Assembly (NCBI GenBank): GCA_002269645.1 | Contig: NIVC01003891.1 | Span: forward strand, 1 to 64,000 | Direction of reading: 5' to 3' | DNA: 64,000 nt | Source of the DNA: Macrostomum lignano | Taxonomy: Eukaryota | Shown here: positions 23,001 through 34,489 of the stretch, piece by piece | How positions within the stretch are numbered: position 1 is the first letter of the stretch | How the letters are laid out: each line of letters begins with the position of its first letter | Notes under the pieces: generated by a model | The model's database searches: none | Seen by the model: the letters and a program-made list of their open reading frames with translations, nothing else | What the model was told of the DNA's origin: nothing | Position numbers and translations under genes: made by a program

Positions 23001-25788
23001 CACAACTGAGCCAGTCTGTTTAGGAGCCTCACAGATGGAGGTGGAATTCAAGTTTAGCTGGTCCAGCTAACCTACAGACTGCACTGACGCCACTGAGCCA
23101 GTCTGTTTAGGAGCCTCACAGATATTCAAAGTTTAGGAGGTCCAGCTAACCTACAGACTGCACTGGCGCAACTGAGCCAGTCTGTTTAGGAGCCTCACAG
23201 ATGGGAGGTGGAATTCAAGTCCAGGAGGTCCAGCTAACCAACAGACTGTACTGACGCAACTGAGCCAGTCTGTTTCAAAGTCTCAGTAGGATATCAGTTG
23301 TAAATTCTCAATCCTGAATTCTCGTATAAATGTCAAATTTGACAGGCCCAGTCTGGAGATGGCAAGTCAGCATTGATGCAGACGAGTGACGCAAGCTACT
23401 CTGGCAAGATGTCGACCAAGACTTTAAAGGCTAAGAGCCATTGAATCGATTATAGGCTGACATTTCACGTCTGGACACCTCTAAAAAGTTTGCTGAGGCA
23501 CCTGAGACGCTGTTCAGTCTGATGGACAGACGTGTTGCCTCATCTCAGTTCAGTCATTAGACGAGACTGAATCTACTGTGGTGAGCTTGCTGCAAAAGTG
23601 TTCAGTTTTGGCTTATCCTATTCTAATTGAACTGGTCCAGCTAACCTACAGACTGCACTGACACAACTGAGCCAGTCTGTTTAGGAGCCTCACAGATGAA
23701 GTTTAGGTGGTCCAGCTAAACTACAGACTGCACTGATGCCACTGAGCCAGTCTGTTTAGGAGCCTCACAGATGGAGGTGGAATTCAAGTTTAGCTGGTCC
23801 AGCTAACCTACAGACTGTACTGACGCCACTGAGCCAGTCTGTTTAGGAGCCTCACAGATTGGAGGTGGAATTCAAGTTTAGCTGGTCCAGCTAACCTACA
23901 GACTGCACTGACGCAACTGAGCCAGTCTGTTTAGGAGCCTCACAGATGAAGTTTAGGTGGTCCAGCTAAACTACAGACTGCACTGATGCCACTGAGCCAG
24001 TCTGTTTAGGAGCCTCACAGATGGAGGTGGAATTCAAGTTTAGCTGGTCCAGCTAACCTTCAGACTGTACTGACGCCACTGAGCCAGTCTGTTTCAAAGT
24101 CTCAGTAGGAAATGAGTTGTTAATTCTCAATCCTGTATTCTCGTATAAATGTCAAATTTGACAGGCCCAGTCTGGAGACGGCAAGTCAGCTTTGATGCAG
24201 ACGAGTGACGCAAGCAACTCTGGCAAGATGTCGACCAAGACCTTAAAGGCCAAGAGCCATTGAATCGATTATAGGCTGACATCTCACGTCTGGACACTTG
24301 TAAAAACTTTGCTGAGGCACCTGAGACGCTGTTCAGTCTGATGGACAGACGTGTTGCCTCATCTCAGTTCAGTCATCGGACGAGATTGAATCTACTGTGG
24401 TGAGCTTGCTGCAAAAGTGTTCAGTTTTGGCTTATCCTATTCTAATTGAACTGGTCCAGCTAACCTACAGACTGCACTGACGCAACTGAGCCAGTCTGTT
24501 TAGGAGCCTCACAGATGGAGGTGGAATTCAAGTTTAGGAGGTCCAGCTAACCTACAGACTGTACTGACGCAACTGACCAGTCTGTTTAGGAGCCTCACAG
24601 ATATTCAAAGTTTAGGAGGTCCAGCTAACCTACAGACTGCACTGACGCAACTGACCAGTCTGTTTAGGAGCCTCACAGATATTCAAGTTTAGGTGGTCCA
24701 GCTAAACTACAGACTGTACTGACGCCACTGAGCCAGTCTGTTTAGGAGCCTCACAGATGAAGGTGGAATTCAAGTTTAGGTGGTCCAGCTAACCTACAGA
24801 CTGTACTGACGCCACTGAGCCAGTCTGTTTCAAAGTCTCAGTAGGAAATCAGTTGTAAATTCTCAATCCTGAATTCTCGTATAAATGTCAAATTTGACAG
24901 GCCCAGTCTGGAGACGGCAAGTCAGCTTTGATGCAGACGAGTGACGCAAGCAACTCTGGCAAAATGAAGACTAGTTTTTTGTGCTCAACCGCAATAGTTT
25001 GTTTACGATGATATTGACTGCGACAGCTTGTGGCTTTCTGTGAGATGATTCCGCTATCCTTCGTAACATGTCTTGTCCGTCCGTTAAAATTTTTTTTATT
25101 GTTCAAAAATTGAGTGGAAAGTTGTTCTATTGTAATACGTGAAATTATTTGGGCAAATTTATTATTTTAGTATTTATTCAGTATTTATTAATTATCATCG
25201 TCAATCTACTTGCTTTTTTGGCACATAATTGGGACGTTAAGTGTGTTTCTTTAGATTTATCATTATTCTAGTGCACTACAAATATGAATTTTTGCTATTT
25301 AAAGTTTTGCTTGGCCGTTAATTTGCACTTGTAACTATTTTTCTCGGCCTAAAAATTAGTTGCATTTGATTCATTTGTTTTTAATGAGGATGATCGGTTC
25401 TTGAGTCCGGAGCAAAGTAGAACTGAATGCATAATTTGCACTTTATTACATATTTTGTATTTGGGGCTTCCGTCACGTGACTTTTTAGTGTTTTTTCTCG
25501 TGCTTAACAGTACTGGGTCGATAATAATCCCAGTACTCTGCTAAATAAATGATGGTCCACCTAAACGGTGTCTTTTTGAAGGTCCACCTAAAACAGGTCC
25601 GGGCTGGTCCAGCTATCCCAGTTGAAAGTGACATGCAGTTTCCACGAGATGGCTAATCTGCAGGCTAAACTGAAAGACAACCCACGCTAACTTTTCGTGT
25701 AGAGACAAAAGACACCGGTTTTATAGCGAAACTAGGTGGTCCACCTAATGCATTAACAAAACTCTGGTCCCGCTAAACACACAGACAG
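17097..25788. mobile_element. Putative ~8.7-kb non-autonomous element with bipartite imperfect inverted termini and an internal higher-order repeat array
   Basis: 17097-17119 matches the reverse complement of 25766-25788 at 20/23, and 17139-17152 matches the reverse complement of 25738-25751 at 13/14. The GGTCCA(G/C)CTAA motif recurs at both ends and through the array. No intact transposase ORF. Confidence 0.55.
18615..24960. repeat. Hierarchical tandem array: ~40 copies of a ~50-bp double-palindrome core, short variable linkers and 10 long (~370-bp) modules
   Basis: Core ggtccagctaacctacagactgtactgacgcaactgagccagtctgttt. Long modules start near 18750, 19340, 19920, 20500, 21130, 21790, 22610, 23270, 24090 and 24825 (last one truncated). 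Confidence 0.95.
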
Positions 25789-25794
25789 CGGTAG

Positions 25795-25795
<1 letters not shown>

Positions 25796-25836
<41 letters not shown>

Positions 25837-25956
25837 GTCTGTCTGTCTGTCTGTCTGTGTCTGTCTGTCTTTCTGTCTGTCTGTCTGTCTGTGTCTGTCT
25901 GTCTGTCTGTCTGCCTGTCTGTCTGTATGTCTGTCTGTCTGTCTGTCTGTCTGTCC

Positions 25957-26007
<51 letters not shown>

Positions 26008-26060
26008 GTCTGTCTGTCTTTCTGTCTGTCTGTCTGTGTCTGTCTGTCTGTCTGTCTTCC

Positions 26061-26100
<40 letters not shown>

Positions 26101-26132
26101 CTGTCTGTCTGTCCTGTCTGTCTGTCTGTCTG

Positions 26133-26163
<31 letters not shown>

Positions 26164-26213
26164 CTGTCTGTCTGTGTCTGGTTTGTCTTTATGTCTGTCT
26201 GTCTATGTGTCTG

Positions 26214-26245
<32 letters not shown>

Positions 26246-26307
26246 TTCTGTCTGTCTGTCTGTCTGCCTGCCTGTCTGTCTGTCTGTCTGTCTGTCCTGT
26301 CTGTCTG

Positions 26308-26340
<33 letters not shown>

Positions 26341-26423
26341 GCCTTAGTGTTTGTCTGTCTGTCTGTCTGTCCGTCTGTCCTGTCTGTCTGTCTGTGTCTG
26401 TCTGTCTGTCTGTCTGTCTGTCC

Positions 26424-26467
<44 letters not shown>

Positions 26468-26495
26468 CTGTCCGTCTGTCCTGTCTGTCTGTCTG

Positions 26496-26531
<36 letters not shown>

Positions 26532-26594
26532 AGTCTGTCTGTCTGTCTGTCTGTCTGTGTCTGGTTTGTCTTTATGTCTGTCTGTCTGTCTGTC

Positions 26595-26647
<53 letters not shown>

Positions 26648-26677
26648 GTCTGGTTTGTCTTTATGTCTGTCTGTCTG

Positions 26678-26728
<51 letters not shown>

Positions 26729-26744
26729 GTCTGGTTTGTCTTTA

Positions 26745-26779
<35 letters not shown>

Positions 26780-26818
26780 GTCTGTCTATCTGTCTGTCTG
26801 TCTGTCTGTCTGTCTGTG

Positions 26819-26887
<69 letters not shown>

Positions 26888-26910
26888 TTCTGTCTGTCCG
26901 TCTGTCCTTC
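25796..26910. repeat. (CTGT)n microsatellite, right flank, same orientation as the left tract
   Basis: Direct reading. Confidence 0.97.
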
Positions 26911-28353
26911 CGTCAGTCAAATCAAAATATCTAGTCCATTTTTCACCAAGCAGCTTTCTAACTATTTTAGCTACAGTAGTAACTATTATCCAAAAGTTGA
27001 AATTTCTGTAAAGAAACTTTTCAAACTCGAGCACAGGCTCGCTCAATGGCCAGCGAGACGCCAGCGCAGGCCGCACCTGCTAAAATGCGTGAGCACGCCT
27101 TGAACCGGAGCGAGGTGGGAGAGAGAGAGAGAGAAAGTGATCGGGGCTGAGAGAGGCGGAGGTGACAGGCCCGCGCGCGCAGGCTGGGGATGAAAAGCTC
27201 TCGAGGTTCTCCCTATAGCTTGTTGCAAAATTCGGCGCTGGACGGGGGGCCCATTAGCCAATTATGCGCAAATGACCGAATAATCACCTGCAGGCAGGTG
27301 AGCCCTCTCCTTTTCTAAGCCGTGCGCTAAGCCCGGGGAGCGGGGTTGCAGATTGCCATCTACCTACCTTTATTATTTCGTCTTCCCCTCTTCTCTGTCT
27401 TTCGCCTCTTTTCCCGGGAGGCGAAAGGTCTCCCTCATCCAGCTGTCTGACTGCGCTCCACCCCTTCATTTCCAGTGCTGCAGGAGTCCTGTGTGTGTGT
27501 CTGTGTAAGTTGAGCTCCGAGTGCATGCATGTTGCGTGTGTGAGAGGCGGGGAGGGAGACATCTTAGGTAACGTCAGGCAGCCGGCACCTAGAGGGGCTG
27601 CTTGCGACGGCAGCTTTGAAGTTCGCGGCACACACAGTGGGGGGGTGGCGGGCAGACAGACAAACGCGAGGAGCAGCGCAGAAGCGGCCGCAGCTCTTGA
27701 GGGAGCAGCCAGTCGAAGAGAGCCGAGCAAGGCGGCTCAAAGTCGTCGCATAACAGACGCACACAGAGATTGGGAGCGGGCAGCGGCCCTCCTTGCCCAT
27801 CGCCGGCTCTTCTCTCTTTAGATGTTGCATTCCCCCAGCTTCCTGCTCCCAATCGGGACGGGCCAATCGCTCGCTACAGATGGCCAGCCTCCTGCGCGAT
27901 GAAGGAGGAGCTGTGGAAAATAAATAGAGGCCAGCGCCTGGCAACACGGGCAGGGATAACAGACTGGAGAAGTTTGTCCCGGACCCGTGCCGGACCCCTG
28001 AGCTTAATTAGCCGAGTTTGACTCGCCATTTGCACCCATCACCCATTTGACGGCAGCGGCCGAGCAGTCTGCCCCGGTGTTCCGCTTCCTGTCTCGACTC
28101 GATCGAGAATTAATGAAGGCAGCGAGGTCTGCGCGAGCCTGACCGCAGCACTCATCTGAGCAGCGGGGCGCCAATTTATCCAAAGGTTTGAGCAGACTCT
28201 CGCAGTTTCTGGGTCCCGCTGGACTTTGCATAAACGGATTAGGCGGCCATGCAGCGGGCAGGCAATCCACGCGGCCTCGGCCAGTGCGGGTTGCTCGTAT
28301 GGATAGATAGATTTCAAATCGCAAACAAACTAAGCCGCTGAGACGCTGTAGCA

Positions 28354-28367
28354 CACGTGATCACGTG
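28354..28367. promoter_or_regulatory. Tandem E-box palindrome CACGTGATCACGTG ~340 bp upstream of the PH-domain gene ATG
   Basis: Two CACGTG motifs form a perfect 14-bp palindrome. Confidence 0.4.
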
Positions 28368-28707
28368 ACCCCGTGTCCTGTACCTTCTCACTGCCCCCCT
28401 CCAGTCTGGTCAGCTCCTCCTTGGTTGCTAATTATTTCTCTGCCCCGGCTCGCCTCAGCGTCTTGCTGGGACAAAGCGGGCTTTTGCTTTTAGAAAAGAA
28501 GAAGCTGGCAAGAGCAAAATTGCCGCTCCCCAACCCCCCCCCTCTTCGCGAAAGCCGAGCCGCTCCGGGCAGGCCAAATCTTCACTTTGCTGTCCCTCTC
28601 TTCTAATGCGGCTTTAAGCCACGGCTGAAGCAGTGAGCTCGGCCGAGGTCTAACTGCTCACTCGCCGCCTGCCTCCCCCCACCCCGGGGCAGATCTCGCC
28701 CAGCACG

Positions 28708-31700
28708 ATGAGCTTCGCCAGCCAGGAGGCGAGTCCCGTAAAGCCCAGCCTGCTGACCGTGGTGAACTCGCACAAAATTCTGCGGGCTCGTCAGTCCACT
28801 TTCACGCCAGACGGCCTGCAGCGCCTGCGCCAGTTCGGGCTTGAGGCCGCCTGCGGCTGCGCCCGCTGCTGCGGCGCCAACGGCGGCTTCGCTTCCCCCG
28901 GCGACAATGACAGCTGCGAGAAGTCGCGGGCGAAGTGGCAGCTCCAGCTGGAGCCGCGCGACATTCAGCTGCCCGACTTCGCCTGCGAGGTACGACAGCA
29001 GCCGGTGGATGAAGATGATGAAGACAACCATGCTGACATCGGCGAGGACGCCGACGTGGACGCGGAAGTCGCTGATAGCCGCCGACTCGCCGTCCTGGCC
29101 GACTGCTTTCTGCTGCTGCTGCGCGCCGGTCCCCGCGCCGCGGCTGCCGTCGGGGACCTCGCCGAGCAGGCCGAGCTGGGACTCTGCCGGGCGCACTGGA
29201 CGGCCATCGTTGCCTCGGCGGATTCCGTCATGCACGAGGCCACCGTCTGCCTTCGAGGGGTTCGGCTTGAAGCTGCCGACGGTCCCCTCGGCGGCTGGGT
29301 TCGCCTGGCTTGGCCCGGCGAGGGATGCCAGCCTGGGGTGCAGCTGGAGCCGCTGTCCTGCAGTGCGGCCACCCTGCTGGAGCTGCTGCTGGCCGCCAGC
29401 CAGCTGGACGCCCGCGGCCTACTGGCCCAGCTGCCGCCCGAGCCCGGCCTGATGGCCCTCGCCGCCGCTGAATTCCAGGCCGGCAGCAGCTCGCAGCCGC
29501 ACTCGCCAGTTTCGATGCCGCACCCGCCGACGCTGATGCTGCCGCTGGTCAGCCAGCAGTCGGCGCAGGCCGCATCGGCCGCCGGCCAGCTGCCGCCGCA
29601 GTCGCCGCACGCGCAGGCCTCGACGCTGCTGCAGTCGCCTCTTGGCCAGCAGCCGCGGTCGCCGCGGTTTTTCAAGCGCAAATTCGACTCGCTGTGGGCC
29701 TTCTTCGGCACCGGCGGGGCGCCGGTCGCCCAGCCGTCGCGGATGTTCTACGCGGCGCTGAGCCGGCCGGAGCTCGAGTCCTGCCTGCACGTGGCGCGGA
29801 AGCCGCGGGCGCGCCGGCAGAAGCTCTGGTCGGTGCTGCACACCCGGACGCTGTACTTTTTCAAGCAGCGCTCGGCCGCCTGCAACGCCGAATTCGAGGT
29901 TGACCTGGAGAACCTCACCGGCCTGGAGGTCACCGAGGACGCGGCGGCCAAGGATGCGGCCAGGCGGGACCCGCTCTCACCCTGCGGCCTGCGCACGGTC
30001 ACCCTCCGGTTCTCCAACTCGAAGAAGTGCGTCTACCTGACCCCGCTGGACAAGTTCGACCTGCGCCGCTGGGTTGACAGCTTTGAGCGTCTGTTGAACG
30101 GCGCTAGCGGCGGCGGCGGCGGCTCGGTGGGCACCCCGGATGAGGACGCGGCTGGCCGCCTTCAGGCGCGGCGATTGTCCGGCCTGAGCAACTCCTTCCA
30201 CAATCTGTCCTCGGCCGGGGCCAGCCGGCCGGCTTCTCCGCCGTCCATGGCGGCCGGCGGCACGGCGGGTGCGGGCGGCGGGGCTGGAGGCGGCGGCGGA
30301 GGCGGCGCCGGCGGCGGCAAAGTGGCTGGCAAAGACGGCCGGCTCGGGGTGCCCTCGGTGAGGAGGGCAATCAGGCCTGTAAACTTTTGACAGATTAGCG
30401 TTAATCCGGTATAATTAAGGTCTTAAAAAGAGCCGGGGGTAAACGGCGAGAGTAACTATGACCGTAATTGGTTTGTACGTGCGTAAAATACTTCTTCATC
30501 CAATGAACTTTTCAACGGTAATTTTTTTGCAGAATCTGAACAATCGAGAAATGATGGCTTCCTGCAACAATTTAGATGAGCTGAGCGGCCGGCGTGAGTT
30601 ACAATAATACCTGCGTAGTTTTTATCTTTCGATATGTTTCGTATTCTACTTTATGGGCTGTAAAACTAACACTTCTAGTAAAAGTGAGCATAGGATACCC
30701 TGGATATCCCACAGCGCATGTAATGAACCAATACCCCATCTCATGGAATACCTGAGCTCATGGAATACCCCAGCTCGTGGAATACGGCACCGGCTCGAGG
30801 AATACCCCAGCTCATGGAATACCCCAGCTAGCTCGTAGAATACCCCAGCTCGAGGAATACCCCAGCTCGTGGAATACCCCAGCTCGAGGAATACCCCAGC
30901 TCGTGGAATACCCCAGCTCATGGAATACCCCAGCTCGAGGAATACCCCAGCTCGTGGAATACCCCAGCTCGTGGAATACCCCAGCTCGAGGAATACCCCA
31001 GCTCATGGAATACCAACAGTTCAGAGTTTGCCGCCTCCGCAGAGTCCCCAGTCCGCAAGTTCAGTCCTGTCAGCCAGGCCGCCCTGCTGAGCCATCCGGA
31101 CGGCGCCATGGCGGGCATGCCGATGCCCATCATCACGGTGAACTGCAGCGATGATCTCAGCCCGCAGAGAGACTGCGACGATGAGGAGCAGGAAGAGGAG
31201 GACGCCGACTGCCAGGTCGGTTGGGGATCGGCTGCCGCGAACTCGATTCTACTCTCCCATCTACTCTCCCATCTACTCTCCCATCTACTCTCCCATCTAC
31301 TCTCCCATCTACTCTCCCATCTACTTTCCCATCTACTCTCCCATCTACTCTCCCATCTACTCTCCCATCTACTTTCCCATCAACTCTCTCATCTACTCTC
31401 CCATATACTCTCCCATGTACTCTCCCATCTACTCTCCCATCTACTTTCCCATCTACTTTCCCATCTACTTTCCCATCTACTCTCCCATATACTCTACCAT
31501 CTACTCTACCATCTACTCCCCCATCTACTCTCCTATTTACTCTCCTATTTACTCTCCTATCTACTCCTATTTACTCTCCCATCTACTCTCCTATTTACTC
31601 TCCCATCTACTCTCCCATCTATTCCCCTATCTACTCTCCCATCTACTTTCCCATCTACTCTCCCATCTACTTTCCCATCTACTCTCCCATCTACTCTCCT

Positions 31701-33234
31701 ATATACTCTCCCATGTACTCTCCCATCTACTCTCCAATCTACTTTCCCATCTACTTTCCCATCTACTTTCCCATCTACTCTCCCATATACTCTCCCATCT
31801 ACTCCCCCATCTACTCTCCTATCTACTCTCCTATTTACTCTCCTATTTACTCTCCCATCTACTCTCCCATCTACTCTCCTATTTACCCTCCCATCTACTC
31901 TGCTATTTACCCTCCCATCTACTCTCCCATCTATTCCCCTATCTACTCTCCCATCTACTCTCCCATCTATTCCCCTATCTACTCTCCCATCTACTCTCCC
32001 ATCTATTCCCCTATCTACTCTCCCATCTACTCTCCTATTTACTCTCCCATCTATACTCCTTCCATCTATTCTTACCATCTACACTCCTATCTAATCCTCT
32101 CATCTACTCCTCCCATCTACTCCTCCCATCTACTCTTCCTATCTACACTCCCATCTAATCTTCCCGTGGGTTTATACTTATCTGTCGTGGTGTTATATCA
32201 CTCAATTCTATCACTCTACCACCATACTTTCGCTCTGCTCACCCAATGATATAAAAAACAATGCCAGTTTTTGTACCCCTTCTATACCCCTTCATCTGCA
32301 GCTAAAGAAGCTGGAAATCTGGCGTTCCTCATCCGAATCGGTCGACCAGCTCACGCCGGAGGAGATCGCCGAGCTGAGACGGCGTCGAATCTCCACGGAA
32401 ATTCAGGTGAAAGATGGGTCAGAGTGATGAGTCAGAGTGATGTGTCAGAGTGTTGGGTCAGGAAGATGGGTCAGAGTGATGTGTCAGAGTGATGTGTCAG
32501 AGTGTTGGGTCAGGATGATGGGTCAGAGTGATGGGTCAGGAAGATGAGTCAGGAAGATGAGTCAGAGTGATGTTCAGAGTGATGGGTCAGGAATATGGGT
32601 CAGGAAGATGGGTCAGAGTGATGGGTCAGAGTGATGGGTCAGAGTGATGGGTCAGAGTGATGTTCAGGATGATGGGTCAGAGTGTTGGGTCAGGGTGATA
32701 GGCCAGAGTGATGTTCAGAGTGATGGGTCAGAGTATTGGGTCAGAGTGATGGGTCAGAGTGATGTTCAGGATGATGGGTCAGAGTGATGGTCAGGATGAT
32801 GGGTCAGAGTGTTGGGTCAGAGTGATGGGTCAGAGTGATGGTCAGAGTGATGGGTCAGAGTGATGGTCAGGATGATGGGTCAGAGTGTTGGGTCAGAGTG
32901 ATGGGTCAGAGTGATGGTCAGAGTGATGGGTCAGAGTGATGGTCAGAGTGATGGGTCAGAGTGATGGTCAGGATGATAGGCCAGAGTGACAGGCCCTAGC
33001 CTCCATGAGCACCCACCTAAGACAATGCAACAATTATTGCAGCTGCAAAGCCTGCAGTCGGAGATCAAGAAGCGCGAAGAGCACCTGTCAGCGAAGCAGC
33101 TGCAGGCCTTGAACGTGCAGATGTCGGACATGTACGAGGACATCCAAGAGCTCAGCACAACGCTGGCCAAGGTGCAGCGAAAGCGGGGATCGGGTGGCGG
33201 CTTCTTTGCTAACTTGAAAAAGAAAAGCTTCTAA
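28708..33234 (+). CDS. PH-domain protein with C-terminal coiled coil, family not recognised (exons 28708-30357, 30533-30593, 31025-31215, 32302-32406, 32993-33234; apparent 1-nt deletion near 33020)
   Basis: PH-like segment [54 protein letters not shown]. Four GT-AG introns chain with phases 0,1,0,0. The last exon reads ALASMSTHL, then needs a -1 shift into [21 protein letters not shown]...KKKSF*. Confidence 0.7.
30437..30462 (+). other. 26-nt fragment matching the conserved 28S rRNA helix-69 region, inside intron 1 of the PH gene
   Basis: gggtaaacggcgagagtaactatgac versus the recalled eukaryotic 28S GGGTAAACGGCGGGAGTAACTATGAC (1 mismatch). The flanks are not rRNA-like. Confidence 0.7.
30740..31012. 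repeat. 17-bp minisatellite (ggaataccccagctcgt) in PH-gene intron 2
   Basis: Direct reading; ends just before the 3' splice site. Confidence 0.95.
31249..32157. repeat. 12-bp minisatellite (ctactctcccat) in PH-gene intron 3
   Basis: Direct reading. Confidence 0.95.
32414..32990. repeat. 13-bp minisatellite (gggtcagagtgat) filling PH-gene intron 4
   Basis: Direct reading; runs from just after the donor to the acceptor. Confidence 0.95.
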
Positions 33235-33489
33235 AACTGTCAGAGTCACTCTGCCGCTCACTCCGGCTGTCATTCCGATAGTCACTCTGACAGTCACTCC
33301 AAAGAATTGAGTTGCAGAGAGGCATTGGGTGTACAAACAAATATACAGGCAGCAGTTAGATGGAGGAGGGAATTGTAGAATTCACAGACATACATGCGAG
33401 TAATTTAAAGACATGCATACATTAGAAAGAGATTCTATATAGCTATGTATACGCATACATAATTGAGGGAATTTATCGGCATAAGATAG

Positions 33490-33840
33490 ACACAGATAGA
33501 CATTAGGGACAGACAGGCATTAGACACAGATAGACATTCGGGACAGACAGGCATTAGAGACAGATAGACATTAGGGACAGACAGGCATTAGACACAGATA
33601 GACATTAGAGACAGACAGGCATTAGACACAGATGGACATTAGGGACAGACAGGCATTAGACACAGTAGACATTAGGGACAGACAGGCATTAGACACAGAT
33701 AGACATTAGGGACAGACAGGCATTAGACACAGATGGTCATTAGAGACAGACAGGCATTAGGGACAGATAGACATTAGGGACAGACAGCCATTAGACACAG
33801 ATAGACATTAAGGACAGGGGCAGACAGACATCAGACACAG
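33490..33840. repeat. ~34-bp minisatellite (agacattagggacagacaggcattagacacagat)
   Basis: Direct reading. Confidence 0.92.
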
Positions 33841-34489
33841 GAATATATAAGCATAGCCGCAGATGTATATATTGAATATATGGACAGTCGGACATTCGAT
33901 CAAGGCATTACATGCAGACTCAGATAGACTTTATACGAAGATTCCAGTGAAGAGATCGAAAGCAAGAGAAGGCCGGCATGGTTCAGTATGATATATCATG
34001 CTCTATACTGTGTCGCGAGCCTCTCTCTTTGACAAGTCGGCTCAAAGCGCTGCACGACTGAGGACTCTTGGGATGGGATGCCAGAAGGGGTGCGGGAGGT
34101 TCCTTGACTTCTCTTGCTGCTTCTGTGAGCAGAATCTGAAGTGGGAGCAAATATAGCGCTGATCCTGCCCTATCCCAGTCCTCTCTCCCACTGTGGATAC
34201 CGACTCAGTCTGCTCACTCATGCTGTGCCGGATCTAAATGAATTGACACTTTCTTTGTCTTAATTCTACTGCGAATATACGTTCGTACATGTTACAAGCT
34301 CCCTTACCCTAAAGCTCTTGTCTTGCACTGTTATAAATACACAACCGCATTGCGAACAAAGTGAACATTAATACTATCATTGTGAGTTAATCACGATGTA
34401 CTAAATTTCAGTGTTTGACTCGTATTAAATTTATCTGTGATTTAGCACGTATGTGATCAACATCTAGCATGTACATGTACATGTATGTT

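Noticed and set aside
18615-24960. CRISPR-like array (palindromic repeats separated by spacers)
   Set aside because: The linkers are themselves repeated rather than unique, there are no cas genes, and the context is eukaryotic.
27043-28606. Several 70-150 aa ORFs upstream of the PH gene, and similar ones at 47.5-48.9 kb
   Set aside because: GC/GA-rich promoter or UTR-like DNA with overlapping ORFs on both strands and no motifs or consistent splice chain.
30400-30532. rRNA gene or group I intron
   Set aside because: Only 26 nt match, and the following base does not fit a known intron insertion site.
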